Below are positions 27,163 to 35,832 of a stretch of 43,062 bases of DNA, piece after piece. Position numbers and translations under genes: made by a program. The stretch lies in IMG/VR virus record IMGVR_UViG_2663763326_000007; one strand, given 5' to 3'. The DNA comes from a virus. Taxonomy: Duplodnaviria; Heunggongvirae; Uroviricota; Caudoviricetes. Numbering within the stretch: position 1 is the stretch's first letter; every line of letters starts with the position of its first letter. Below the pieces are notes generated by a model. That model searched no databases. It was not told the origin of the DNA and worked only from the letters and a program-made list of their open reading frames with translations.

Positions 27163-28349
27163 CTAAAAGTCCTTTGATTCTTGCTTGGTTAACAAAATGA
27201 CATAATTTTATTTAATGCCATAACAACTTAACAATATATCATAATATGATTATTATGGTGTAGCTTGTCGCATCTACGCTCCATTACAAACAGATGTAAG
27301 ATATAACCTATATGTTTTAGCCAGCAAATTCGAAAGCATTCAAAGTAGTCTCATCGAACTCTCGAAACCCTATGTCTTCGGGTATAAAATATTTAAATCC
27401 ATTTGCATAATATCGACTCATGTTTATTATATTCTCCCCATTCACCATTAAGATTTGACATTATTTTCAACAATCGGTTATTGCAAGATTGAAATATATT
27501 TTTACTTGACACAATATTCCATGTAGCCCAGCGATTCGACTTACCCCCAACTATACGGACAATCTAAATTAAATCGATGATTTTTTGATACATTCTCCTC
27601 TCTCCATTACTTTATGTTTTTGTTCCCCAAAAATACCTTGCTCTCTAAAAAATAATTGTTCTTTAAGTTCAAAATCGAGATCTACATGAGCGTTAGATAC
27701 AAAGCTAATATGTTGAAATGTCTTTCCCCCCCCATAACGGCATTGTTATCTAAACTATGTTACACAAATATAATATTACCCTTTCAACGTAATCCAAGAA
27801 TAAGATTAATGCCATTATATATATCATAAATATGATATTTTGTATATTTTTATCATTTAGCCTTGATTGTACTAGGTGTACTCTCAACGAAGTAGGGAAA
27901 GTCTGTTCCTCGCTCACAGCTGCCCTTCAGTAAGCGAAAAAATGCCTACTCGGTGCCATATACAGCCATTGTTATTAACAGCAGGGAATAATTCAAAACT
28001 GAAATTAAATATCTACCTTTTACAGTAGAAATAGTTCCTCCAGGACACTATCCATTGCCGGGCACAATCACTCGGGGTATAACGATATAAAATATGTTCA
28101 TGATAGTGCAGGTTCGTATATTAAGTTCAGCAGCGAAAACATGCCTTACAGGTTTCCGGTTTTGGGAGCGTCGTTACAGGATCCTGCGCATACCGTTCCC
28201 ATCTGTTGAATTAAAGGTTTCACAGCCTTTGCCGATATCACCTTTTACCTTACCTGTGATGCGTTCAGTGCTCAGCGTTGTTTACTGTAGCTCTCGGGAC
28301 TGATTACAGACCGCGTCTTAAAAACCAATCCTTACTCTAAAGGGAATTC

Positions 28350-29273
28350 ATGAGATTAAAATACTCAGTACTCTTACTCGCCATTGCCCTTACAGGCTGT
28401 GATAACAAAAAAGATGAGATCGGTTGTTCTTCGGAAATAACCCAGTCAGCTCTCATGGATTTATTAAAAAAATCTGCTTATGAAGGACTCTCTGAACAGG
28501 TCGATAAATACCCTGATGTCACTAATCAGACCAAACGAAGCACACTGGACAAGATCAAACTAGCCATCTCTGAGATCTCCACAACATCAAGTGACACGGG
28601 CAGCACAATGAAAACTTGTGAAGGGACCGTGACGATGACTCTATCTGCGAACGAGTACGTCCAGCTTTCAGATGCTTACAGAAAGAATTTTAATCGTAAT
28701 CTCGATAAGCAAATGGAAAGCCTGTTTTTGGAGAACAACGCAAACGCCTTTTCAAAACGTATCACCTACACCGTGCAGGCGACCGACGATCAGAAAAACG
28801 TTTTTGTAAAAACCTCTACTGATAATCCGATATCAGTGGGCGCCGCTTTACTGACATCGCTTTCCATTATCACCCCGATCGTTGAGCAGCAGAAAATCCA
28901 GCAGGCTAAGGATGCCCAACAGAGTCAAATTGAAGCGGAACAACAGGTGCAACTCAGGGCGCAAGAACAGGCTAAGTATGAGGCGGAGAAGCAAATAGAG
29001 AGACAGGCACAACTTCAGCCGCAAAAAGCTGACAACCTTGATCAGTCCCGAATGGCATTTGCGAATGCCGACTCTGATTTGAGTACCGTCTGGAGCAAGT
29101 TAACCCCGGCGAAGAAAAAAGATTTGCTGCCTTCTCAGCGTCAGTGGATCAAAACTAAGGATGCTATGTGCGGTAAAGTTTCAATGCAGGGAACAGATGC
29201 TGAAGTCAAGAAAATGGTCGACTGCCAGACGCAAATGACCCTTTCAAGAATCGCTTTCCTCAGAAACCAATAA
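28350..29273 (+). CDS. Lipoprotein with C-terminal DUF1311 (LprI-like) domain
   Basis: Signal peptide with LTGC lipobox; Gln-rich coiled linker; C-terminus ..LSTVWSKL..QRQWIKTKDAMCG..MVDCQTQMTLSRIAFL.. fits the remembered DUF1311 Cys/Trp pattern. Confidence 0.55.
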   Translation: MRLKYSVLLLAIALTGCDNKKDEIGCSSEITQSALMDLLKKSAYEGLSEQVDKYPDVTNQTKRSTLDKIKLAISEISTTSSDTGSTMKTCEGTVTMTLSANEYVQLSDAYRKNFNRNLDKQMESLFLENNANAFSKRITYTVQATDDQKNVFVKTSTDNPISVGAALLTSLSIITPIVEQQKIQQAKDAQQSQIEAEQQVQLRAQEQAKYEAEKQIERQAQLQPQKADNLDQSRMAFANADSDLSTVWSKLTPAKKKDLLPSQRQWIKTKDAMCGKVSMQGTDAEVKKMVDCQTQMTLSRIAFLRNQ

Positions 29274-29351
29274 CTGAAGTCTCCTTCAAGCTGGCGCCAG
29301 GTGTTAACCTGGTGCCAGCTTAGTCATCAAGTGCATATGTAACTGTTTTAT

Positions 29352-29423
29352 ATGGGCGGTACTTTGACAGAGGTATTCGGTCTCGTGCTGGTCGTGGTCA
29401 AATACCTTTTTAAGCGCAAATAG
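29352..29423 (+). repeat. 72-bp direct repeat, copy 2 (orphan gene-end remnant)
   Basis: Encodes MGGTLTEVFGLVLVVVKYLFKRK then a stop, with no upstream gene body; right boundary of the 3.35 kb insert. Confidence 0.85.
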
Positions 29424-29447
29424 AGTATTTCCGCCCCAAACAACCTG

Positions 29448-30266
29448 TCAAAATGCTGAATTAGCAACGGATATAGCCGACTTTTTCCCCATTACCATCA
29501 ATTTATCCAGTGTCATACTTCGCAGATTGTCGCTGTGGATCACCAGATACCCTGCCCGCTCAGCGATCTCTTTGAAAGCGTCAAAGGTCATCAGATGTTC
29601 GCCTTTGGCAACATGGCGCATCCCGGTCACTTTTCCATTTTTGATAGTGGTGATAAAAGAAAAATCTGGAATGGTTGGGTGATTTTCATCGAGTAGCAGG
29701 CAGTGGATGTATTCAATCGCCTCTAACATTTGCGTCTGTGACAGTTGTTCTATGTGAGAGACGGCGAAGCGTTGATGAATCATGGTGTAGGCATCGGGAT
29801 ACATCATGCCTTTCTTGCCGACCAGTATATTAACGGCATCACGCAAGGGAGTACGGTCATCGGTAGTTGTACTCCGCCTCTCTGGACGCTGGCTAAAATA
29901 ACAATCTTCCAGCTTTTCGAAAACTTCCCAGGCCTGTTCTGTTTCCAGCATTTTGGCATGGCGAGCTGCGCCGCGTTCTGTCCAGAGAATGAGGGATCGG
30001 GTATGTTTAGCAACTGACTGACTATCTGTCAGTCTGTTTTTGAAGTCGCGTAATTCATTACCTTCCAGCTTAAAAAAATGCTTTCCTACGACAAATCTGG
30101 CGATGTTGCGCTTGAAGTTTTGCTGGATACCATTTACTTCCGTGCCATACAAACTGGCAAGCAATTCAGTAGTGATGACGGGAAGTTGGTTATGATGTAG
30201 CGGAGAAAGGGATTCCGCAGATATTTGGACTGTCATCGCAGTGGCCTCACTTAGTGTTTTTTTCAT
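29448..30266 (-). CDS. Phage antirepressor / regulatory protein (Ant, ORF6N/Rha-like N-terminal domain)
   Basis: N-terminal ..PVITTELLASLYGTEVNGIQQNFKRNIARFVVGKHFFKLEGNELRDFKN.. resembles the antirepressor N-domain; start set at ATG 30264..30266. Confidence 0.55.
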   Translation of the reverse strand: MKKTLSEATAMTVQISAESLSPLHHNQLPVITTELLASLYGTEVNGIQQNFKRNIARFVVGKHFFKLEGNELRDFKNRLTDSQSVAKHTRSLILWTERGAARHAKMLETEQAWEVFEKLEDCYFSQRPERRSTTTDDRTPLRDAVNILVGKKGMMYPDAYTMIHQRFAVSHIEQLSQTQMLEAIEYIHCLLLDENHPTIPDFSFITTIKNGKVTGMRHVAKGEHLMTFDAFKEIAERAGYLVIHSDNLRSMTLDKLMVMGKKSAISVANSAF

Positions 30267-30508
30267 CACCACCAGCGACGCCAATCATCTGGTGGTGAGC
30301 TGTGCAGGGTTGGCGTAACCGGCTAAGTGAACCCGGCGCTTCCACAGAAGCCCCCACACAGCCCACCATAATGCGAATGTGGCCGTGCCTAACACATAAA
30401 AAAACCGCTAACGCGGCTATGCGTCACTTAGATATCCGGGACGCCAATCCCGGCAACCGATTTTGCGGCTGCGCGGAAACTATAGCCCCGGACTTTTTCT
30501 AAGTCAAT

Positions 30509-30730
30509 TCAATCAACTTCAAACCTCCGGTGTTCACATTCCATACACTCAACGGGAACATCATCGCGATGCAAGTCCACATATCCGACCCGCTTATACA
30601 ACTCAATAATGTCCGGTAACGTGACCAGATGTTTTTCCGGTTCCAACACCTCAGCCCGGGTTACTTTGTAATCTGAAATATAGAGCACTATCCGCCCGTT
30701 CCGTGGTAACTCCAGTTTATCGCCAAACAT
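30509..30730 (-). CDS. Hypothetical protein (73 aa)
   Basis: ORF in the leftward early operon; contains a CxxCEH motif. Confidence 0.35.
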   Translation of the reverse strand: MFGDKLELPRNGRIVLYISDYKVTRAEVLEPEKHLVTLPDIIELYKRVGYVDLHRDDVPVECMECEHRRFEVD

Positions 30731-30917
30731 GTCCTTTCCCTCCGGGAAACCAATGATATTGACGATATTACACCCACAACGATTCGTTTTACGTCACTCC
30801 GCAATCACCATACATCCGTACCAATCCGTACATTCCCACCACAAAAACGATATTTGACAGGCACTGGTAATAGATTTTTAACGCGTGCTATTGCCTTGCG
30901 ACGTATTTTCAATTCAC

Positions 30918-31142
30918 TCATACAGCCTCCCTGCTCTCAAACGGACGAATATTGGTTGGTTCTCCACACGGAATAGCCCAACCCAGCCAGGTAAATATTT
31001 TCAGGTCACACATCGCGTCATACCGTTCGCCAGGATTCACATCCACCATGCTGCAGGCAATTTCATATTGTTCACCATTATCAGTCAGTGCGATCTGGTC
31101 ATTAATAAACCGGGGCACAAATGCAAGAAAAAGTTCTTTCAT
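30918..31142 (-). CDS. Hypothetical protein (74 aa)
   Basis: ORF in the leftward early operon, 4-bp overlap with the upstream gene. Confidence 0.35.
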   Translation of the reverse strand: MKELFLAFVPRFINDQIALTDNGEQYEIACSMVDVNPGERYDAMCDLKIFTWLGWAIPCGEPTNIRPFESREAV

Positions 31143-31450
31143 GAAATTCTCCGCTCAAAATAAACAAACTGATTCACCGCTCCGATCGGCATTTCGAGTT
31201 TTTCTGCGATATCCTGGCGATTAATACCCGACTGATGTAATTCCCTTGCCAGCTCGATATCTTCCTGGAGGTATTTCACTGACTGGTGATAATTACCCCG
31301 CAGATACATACAGATTTTCAGCTCGCGCGCTTTTGTGCGTACCGCTGCACCGGTTCTGCCAATAAGCTGCCCTATACGTTCAACTGTCATGCTGCCCGCA
31401 CATTGTTTGATGATTACGACTTCCGCACGCACCCACCGTTTGTATTTCAT
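31139..31450 (-). CDS. Hypothetical DNA-binding protein (helix-turn-helix-like segments)
   Basis: 103 aa with ..MTVERIGQLIGRTGAAVRTKAREL.. and ..INRQDIAEKLEMPIGAV.. Confidence 0.35.
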   Translation of the reverse strand: MKYKRWVRAEVVIIKQCAGSMTVERIGQLIGRTGAAVRTKARELKICMYLRGNYHQSVKYLQEDIELARELHQSGINRQDIAEKLEMPIGAVNQFVYFERRIS

Positions 31451-31683
31451 TGTTCCATCACCCCTCTCCAGTAGTTCAGACGCTCTCTGAAAAATTCCCG
31501 GTACGTATCTGGCGTCATTCCGATTTGCTCAATCACGCTTCCCCTCGGAATACGTTTCTCAAAGAGTTGGCGGATCAGCGCCGCCGCTCGCATGTCGTAG
31601 TGCTCTTTAAGCTGGTATTCCTGGGGCCATTTGGCGCGGTTGTGTGGTAAGCCGGGCGGCAGGTAATCTGATTGCCCGGCCAT
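31447..31683 (-). CDS. Hypothetical protein (78 aa)
   Basis: Operon-coupled ORF with a 4-bp overlap. Confidence 0.35.
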   Translation of the reverse strand: MAGQSDYLPPGLPHNRAKWPQEYQLKEHYDMRAAALIRQLFEKRIPRGSVIEQIGMTPDTYREFFRERLNYWRGVMEQ

Positions 31684-31684
31684 A

Positions 31685-32095
31685 TCACGCCCCTTTCTTT
31701 GCTATCGGAGTGATGGAACTCAGCAGCAGGCGGCAGCGACCAGGCGCGCCAATGCGCTGCCCGGTTATCTTGTCGTAAGTTTCATGCGGTGAGGCACACC
31801 AGGTTGTCGCTGTTTCGTGGAGTTTCACTTGCCGCTCACCATTTCTGCGAATCGCGATCCCGGTGTGCGTTTTGCCCTTACGTTTCACTGCTGGCGCTGC
31901 GGCTACGGATGCCTGACGGGCAGGCTTAGCAGGGGTTGAAAAATTGCCTGCTTTAGGTCTTGGCACAAAAACCGCGCGAGTGCGCGCACGTGGCCCGACG
32001 TTCATATTCCACAAAATGACGTCGAGATAGTTTTTACCGTCGTCTATGTGTCCTTTGTCCGACGGGTACTCTAATTTGCCTGGAGTGGTGGTCAT
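31685..32095 (-). CDS. Hypothetical protein (136 aa)
   Basis: ORF directly downstream of the helicase gene. Confidence 0.4.
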   Translation of the reverse strand: MTTTPGKLEYPSDKGHIDDGKNYLDVILWNMNVGPRARTRAVFVPRPKAGNFSTPAKPARQASVAAAPAVKRKGKTHTGIAIRRNGERQVKLHETATTWCASPHETYDKITGQRIGAPGRCRLLLSSITPIAKKGA

Positions 32096-32133
32096 TGGTC
32101 TTTCCTCGGTTATTTCACGCTGGTCAGGCGTGG

Positions 32134-33576
32134 TTAAAATTCATTTGTGCGAGAATTATCGCTACGGGAATAACGTTTATTTTTTTCTGAGCGGTCGTTG
32201 GTAAGGCGATAAACCTCCTCATCGCTGATATCAATAACTGAGCCATTTTTCATCAGGGCATAGGCTGTTCCCGATGGTCCTTCGCGGTTCAGACGTAGCA
32301 ACATTTCCATGAGATTTGGGTCGGCATTTTCGTTATAAACAGCATCACGATAGAGGCCAATCCAGACATCGCAATCTTGTTCGATCTGCCCGGTATCTTT
32401 ACTGTCGCTCGGGTTAGGCCGCTTATCGGCACGTTCTTCAAGCTTTCGGTTGAGTTGCGTCAGCAGGACCACAACACAATCCAGCTCTTTTGCCAGGTTC
32501 TTCAAACCGGTTGTGATATCGCCATACGCAATATCCCTACGCTCTGCCGATTCGGTCTTCATCAGCGTCAAATAGTCAATTGCCACCAGGCCAACCGAGC
32601 CACGCATCCGTTTAACTTTTCGACATTCAGCGACAATATGCGCAAGGGTTACACCTGCCGTGCTGTCAATCATCATGTTGGATTCGGCAATCTCCCCCGC
32701 CTTTGCTATTGCGAGACTCAATTCAGATTCATCGTTAGGGCCAAGATAAAAAATCTCCGAATTGACCTTTGCTTCCTGCGCAACCATGCGTTCAATGAGA
32801 CTTCTGTCAGTCATTTCCAGGCTAAATACCAGCGTCGGCAAACGATGATTCAGAGCAAAATGCACCGCAATTTTATTAAACGCGGCTGTCTTGCCCATTT
32901 TTGGCCGGGCACCAATAACGACCAATGAACCTCTTAACGCCTGCTTTGGTGCCATTAAGCGATCAAGGCTTTCGATTCCGAGCGTTAGTCCGGCTGCATG
33001 TGCTGGATCATTGAAACGGCGCTCAAGGTCATCTATCCAGTCATCGACGACTTCACTTGCCGGACGCAAACCGCCCTTATGCCCGGTACGGGAATGTTCG
33101 GCCACCTGCCCAATCACTTGCTGAACGGCGGTGATCCTGTCAGTAGCAGTCATATCTGCAGGCTGGATCATAATCTCCAGACAAGAATTCAACTTTTCCA
33201 CGGCATAACGAAGAATGGCTTTTTCACGTACAATTTTCGCGTAGTTGACCATTGAGGCCGGAATCGCCGCCTTACTCATTTCAGCCAGGTATGCGAATCC
33301 CCCCACGCGCTCATACAGCCCCTTCGATTCCATCAGTTCGGTCAGTGTTATCAGGTCAGTTGGTTTATCAGCTTGAAATAATCCTTTGATCTCCCGGTAG
33401 ATAACCTGATGCGCATTGATATAAAACGTTTCCGGTTTCAGTAACGCAAATACCGCATTGGTTCTGTCGTGGTCGGTATTCAGCATCAGACAGCCCAGAA
33501 CAGCCTGTTCTGCGTCAACGCTGTACAGTGCAATCGCGTTATTTATCATTTGCGCGTTCTTCCTTGACCGAAACAT
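32134..33576 (-). CDS. Replicative DNA helicase (DnaB family)
   Basis: 480 aa; N-terminal ..AEQAVLGCLML.., Walker A ..GARPKMGKTAAF.., C-terminal RecA-like fold. Confidence 0.85.
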   Translation of the reverse strand: MFRSRKNAQMINNAIALYSVDAEQAVLGCLMLNTDHDRTNAVFALLKPETFYINAHQVIYREIKGLFQADKPTDLITLTELMESKGLYERVGGFAYLAEMSKAAIPASMVNYAKIVREKAILRYAVEKLNSCLEIMIQPADMTATDRITAVQQVIGQVAEHSRTGHKGGLRPASEVVDDWIDDLERRFNDPAHAAGLTLGIESLDRLMAPKQALRGSLVVIGARPKMGKTAAFNKIAVHFALNHRLPTLVFSLEMTDRSLIERMVAQEAKVNSEIFYLGPNDESELSLAIAKAGEIAESNMMIDSTAGVTLAHIVAECRKVKRMRGSVGLVAIDYLTLMKTESAERRDIAYGDITTGLKNLAKELDCVVVLLTQLNRKLEERADKRPNPSDSKDTGQIEQDCDVWIGLYRDAVYNENADPNLMEMLLRLNREGPSGTAYALMKNGSVIDISDEEVYRLTNDRSEKNKRYSRSDNSRTNEF

Positions 33577-34294
33577 AGCAGCGTTCGGTAATCAGATAAT
33601 CAAGATTTTTACGCCGCCAGAATCCTCCCCTGCCATTTGGCCTGTCCTCCAGCATCCAGCGACAATTGCCACCGATAAATTCCAGATAGGCCCGCCAACG
33701 GGACTCATTGAAATTGAATTTTTTCCAGAAAGTGCGAAGGTGTTTTTTTCTGCCGTCAGTGAGGATTTTCACTGGTGGCATCTCTGGCAAAATCTCGTGA
33801 TAGGTATCGAGTATCACCTGATAATTTATTCTCTGGTCGGCAGGTTGTTGGGTGTCGGCGTCAGCCGATTCACCATCAGTAATAATCTCTGTAGTATTCT
33901 CTGTAAGAATGTTTGTTGGTTTTCCACGTACAGGCCTGGTGGTTTTCCCCTCACCTGTATGTGGTTTTTCCGCATCCTTGTATGCGGACGTAAGTAGCTG
34001 GCACAACACATCATTATCGATTTTGTAGTACAGCCTGGCAGGCAAGCCCTGTTTACGTTCCAGCAAGACGCCGAGACCACGTAGTTTTTTGCGCGCGCCC
34101 TCCTGCTCGTATCGTGAAAGCCCTGTTTCCTCTTCCCACTCATCCTGGGTTTTATATACCCAGCCGTCGTCAGTTGTTCTGTTTGTCCAGTACGTCAACT
34201 GCGACAGAAACAATGCGGCAGTCACGCCCATTTCAAGACGGATAAAACTTCTCTGGAAGGCTATGGGTCTATCAAGTAACGGGAGGATGTTCAT
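33539..34294 (-). CDS. Replication initiation / replisome organiser protein (O-like)
   Basis: 251-aa ORF directly upstream of and overlapping the helicase gene; N-terminal winged-helix-like region. Confidence 0.55.
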   Translation of the reverse strand: MNILPLLDRPIAFQRSFIRLEMGVTAALFLSQLTYWTNRTTDDGWVYKTQDEWEEETGLSRYEQEGARKKLRGLGVLLERKQGLPARLYYKIDNDVLCQLLTSAYKDAEKPHTGEGKTTRPVRGKPTNILTENTTEIITDGESADADTQQPADQRINYQVILDTYHEILPEMPPVKILTDGRKKHLRTFWKKFNFNESRWRAYLEFIGGNCRWMLEDRPNGRGGFWRRKNLDYLITERCYVSVKEERANDK

Positions 34295-34515
34295 ATGCCC
34301 AAAGCCTCTGAGAGAACGCGACAGCCAGCCTCATAGGCAGCGCCAGAGAGATTTTGCTCACGCAGTTTCGCTTTTTCTTCTTCGTACTTTTCCCATACAG
34401 AACGTGCAGCTGCGACGCGGCCATCGAATATGGGGCGGATCTCTGCAACATGTGCCGGGCGTCCATTCAGGTGCCAGCCGTTACGCCAGGTAATGCGGTC
34501 AATATGTCTTAACAT
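34291..34515 (-). CDS. Hypothetical small protein (74 aa)
   Basis: ORF between the YdaT-like and replication genes; an alternative overlapping frame exists. Confidence 0.3.
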   Translation of the reverse strand: MLRHIDRITWRNGWHLNGRPAHVAEIRPIFDGRVAAARSVWEKYEEEKAKLREQNLSGAAYEAGCRVLSEALGI

Positions 34516-34554
34516 CGGTCTTTCCTCGGTATAAGTTAAACGCTGGTCAGGCGC

Positions 34555-35031
34555 TCATGCATGGTGGTCTTGCGCAGTGCGTATCACTGCTCCTCGCGTC
34601 GCTACCAGCGCCGCTATTGCTTCGTCAATTTCCTGAATAGTTAACTCTGGCGCGAAGTGGAGATGTACAGCGTTAATCGCTTCCACCCCTTCTTTTGCCG
34701 CCAGCGTTGCCAGCAAAACGGGATCGCCCGGCGACTCCAGACGTGCCCGCCGTTCTGCGGGTAGCACGGCTTTCATCACACTGGCCAGCACCTGAGTTTT
34801 TCGGCGCGCCGCCGTTGTCTCGCCACGTAACCAGCGAAAGATTTTCTGCCGATTGTTGTTGATGGCTCTCCAGTCCACGTTGCCGTCCGCGTCCTCAAAT
34901 TCATGTAGTCTCAACTCATCATTGCGTCCCTGACTGAACCAGGCCCGGCAGATTTCAATCGTGACGAGTTCCTGCCCTGCCCTTGCCGCCCAGGTCAAAA
35001 TCTCTTTTTGTAATTCCTCTTGGTTTTCCAT
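34555..35031 (-). CDS. YdaT-like protein (cII-position regulator)
   Basis: ..NNRQKIFRWLRGETTAARRK.. and ..VMKAVLPAERRARL.. parallel Rac prophage YdaT; directly downstream of the Cro-like gene. Confidence 0.6.
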   Translation of the reverse strand: MENQEELQKEILTWAARAGQELVTIEICRAWFSQGRNDELRLHEFEDADGNVDWRAINNNRQKIFRWLRGETTAARRKTQVLASVMKAVLPAERRARLESPGDPVLLATLAAKEGVEAINAVHLHFAPELTIQEIDEAIAALVATRGAVIRTAQDHHA

Positions 35032-35089
35032 AGCGTCTCCTGTCGCTAAAAATTGATTACGCTTAATCAGATTTGGGGCTCACCAACAG

Positions 35090-35320
35090 TTAAGCTGCTT
35101 CCGTTTTAGGCAAGCTGTCATCTGGGTTTGGGTAAAGATCCGGTCTAAGATCATGAGGGGTCACGCGCCATTCAAGAGCTTCAGATGTGCGCAAAACCTC
35201 TTCACCGGGAACCCGTCCTTTGAACCAGAGGCTTACCGTTTGTGGTTTTTTCCCTAATCGCCGCCCTAACTCGGATTGACTCATTACGGAAAGAATTTTG
35301 TCTTGCAGTTGTTTATCCAT
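35090..35320 (-). CDS. Cro-like / YdaS-like helix-turn-helix regulator
   Basis: Start at ATG 35318..35320 (MDKQLQDKILSVMSQSELGRRLGKKPQTVSLWFKG..) with AAGGAG 5 nt upstream; divergent from the repressor gene. Confidence 0.6.
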   Translation of the reverse strand: MDKQLQDKILSVMSQSELGRRLGKKPQTVSLWFKGRVPGEEVLRTSEALEWRVTPHDLRPDLYPNPDDSLPKTEAA

Positions 35321-35356
35321 ATGGACTCCTTGTGTCCGCGTCATCATTACAAACAA

Positions 35357-35418
35357 TAACTGTAATTACAAATTATATTTGCAATGCTCCCTACAATTAA
35401 ACCTTGTATCCTTACGGT
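35357..35418. promoter_or_regulatory. Divergent promoter/operator region (OR-like)
   Basis: Inverted repeats ATTACA-N8-TGTAAT and TTACAA-N7-TTGCAA between the divergent genes; a similar TTACAA-N7-TTGTAA repeat lies just past the repressor gene near 35965..35985. Confidence 0.4.
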
Positions 35419-35832
35419 ATGAACACAAAAACGAAAAACATGGCTTTTGCTAGCCGACTACAACGGATTCTAAAAGACTTAGGCTGGTCTCAATCTGAGT
35501 TAGCTCGCCATATTGGGGTTACGGCTCAATCAGTTCAGGCATGGTGTAATGGGGTAACTCCAAGAAAAGATAAATTAGACAAGCTAGCAAAAGTGACCGG
35601 ATACCCTGTTCATTTTTTCTTCATGAATGAAGGGGAATATTTGGATGAATCCACACTACACCCGGGTAATTACAATCAAGAACTAACCCCGCAAGAACAG
35701 GCTCTACTGCAACTATTCAGAGGACTGCCTGAGAGCGAAAAAAATAAATTAATCAATGAGCTAAAAGAAAAAAGAGAGCACTTCGATCTACTGCTAAAAG
35801 AACTACTTGAAGCCAAAAACCAGACAAAATAG
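35419..35832 (+). CDS. CI-like repressor (XRE-family helix-turn-helix), no LexA-like S24 peptidase domain
   Basis: ..LGWSQSELARHIGVTAQSVQAWCNG.. is a classic XRE helix-turn-helix; start uncertain (no ribosome-binding sequence, possibly leaderless). Confidence 0.65.
   Translation: MNTKTKNMAFASRLQRILKDLGWSQSELARHIGVTAQSVQAWCNGVTPRKDKLDKLAKVTGYPVHFFFMNEGEYLDESTLHPGNYNQELTPQEQALLQLFRGLPESEKNKLINELKEKREHFDLLLKELLEAKNQTK

Noticed and set aside
30398-30416. Possible intrinsic terminator upstream of the antirepressor gene (CCGC-TAAC-GCGG followed by a T7 run on the minus strand)
   Set aside because: Only a 4-bp stem; too weak to call.
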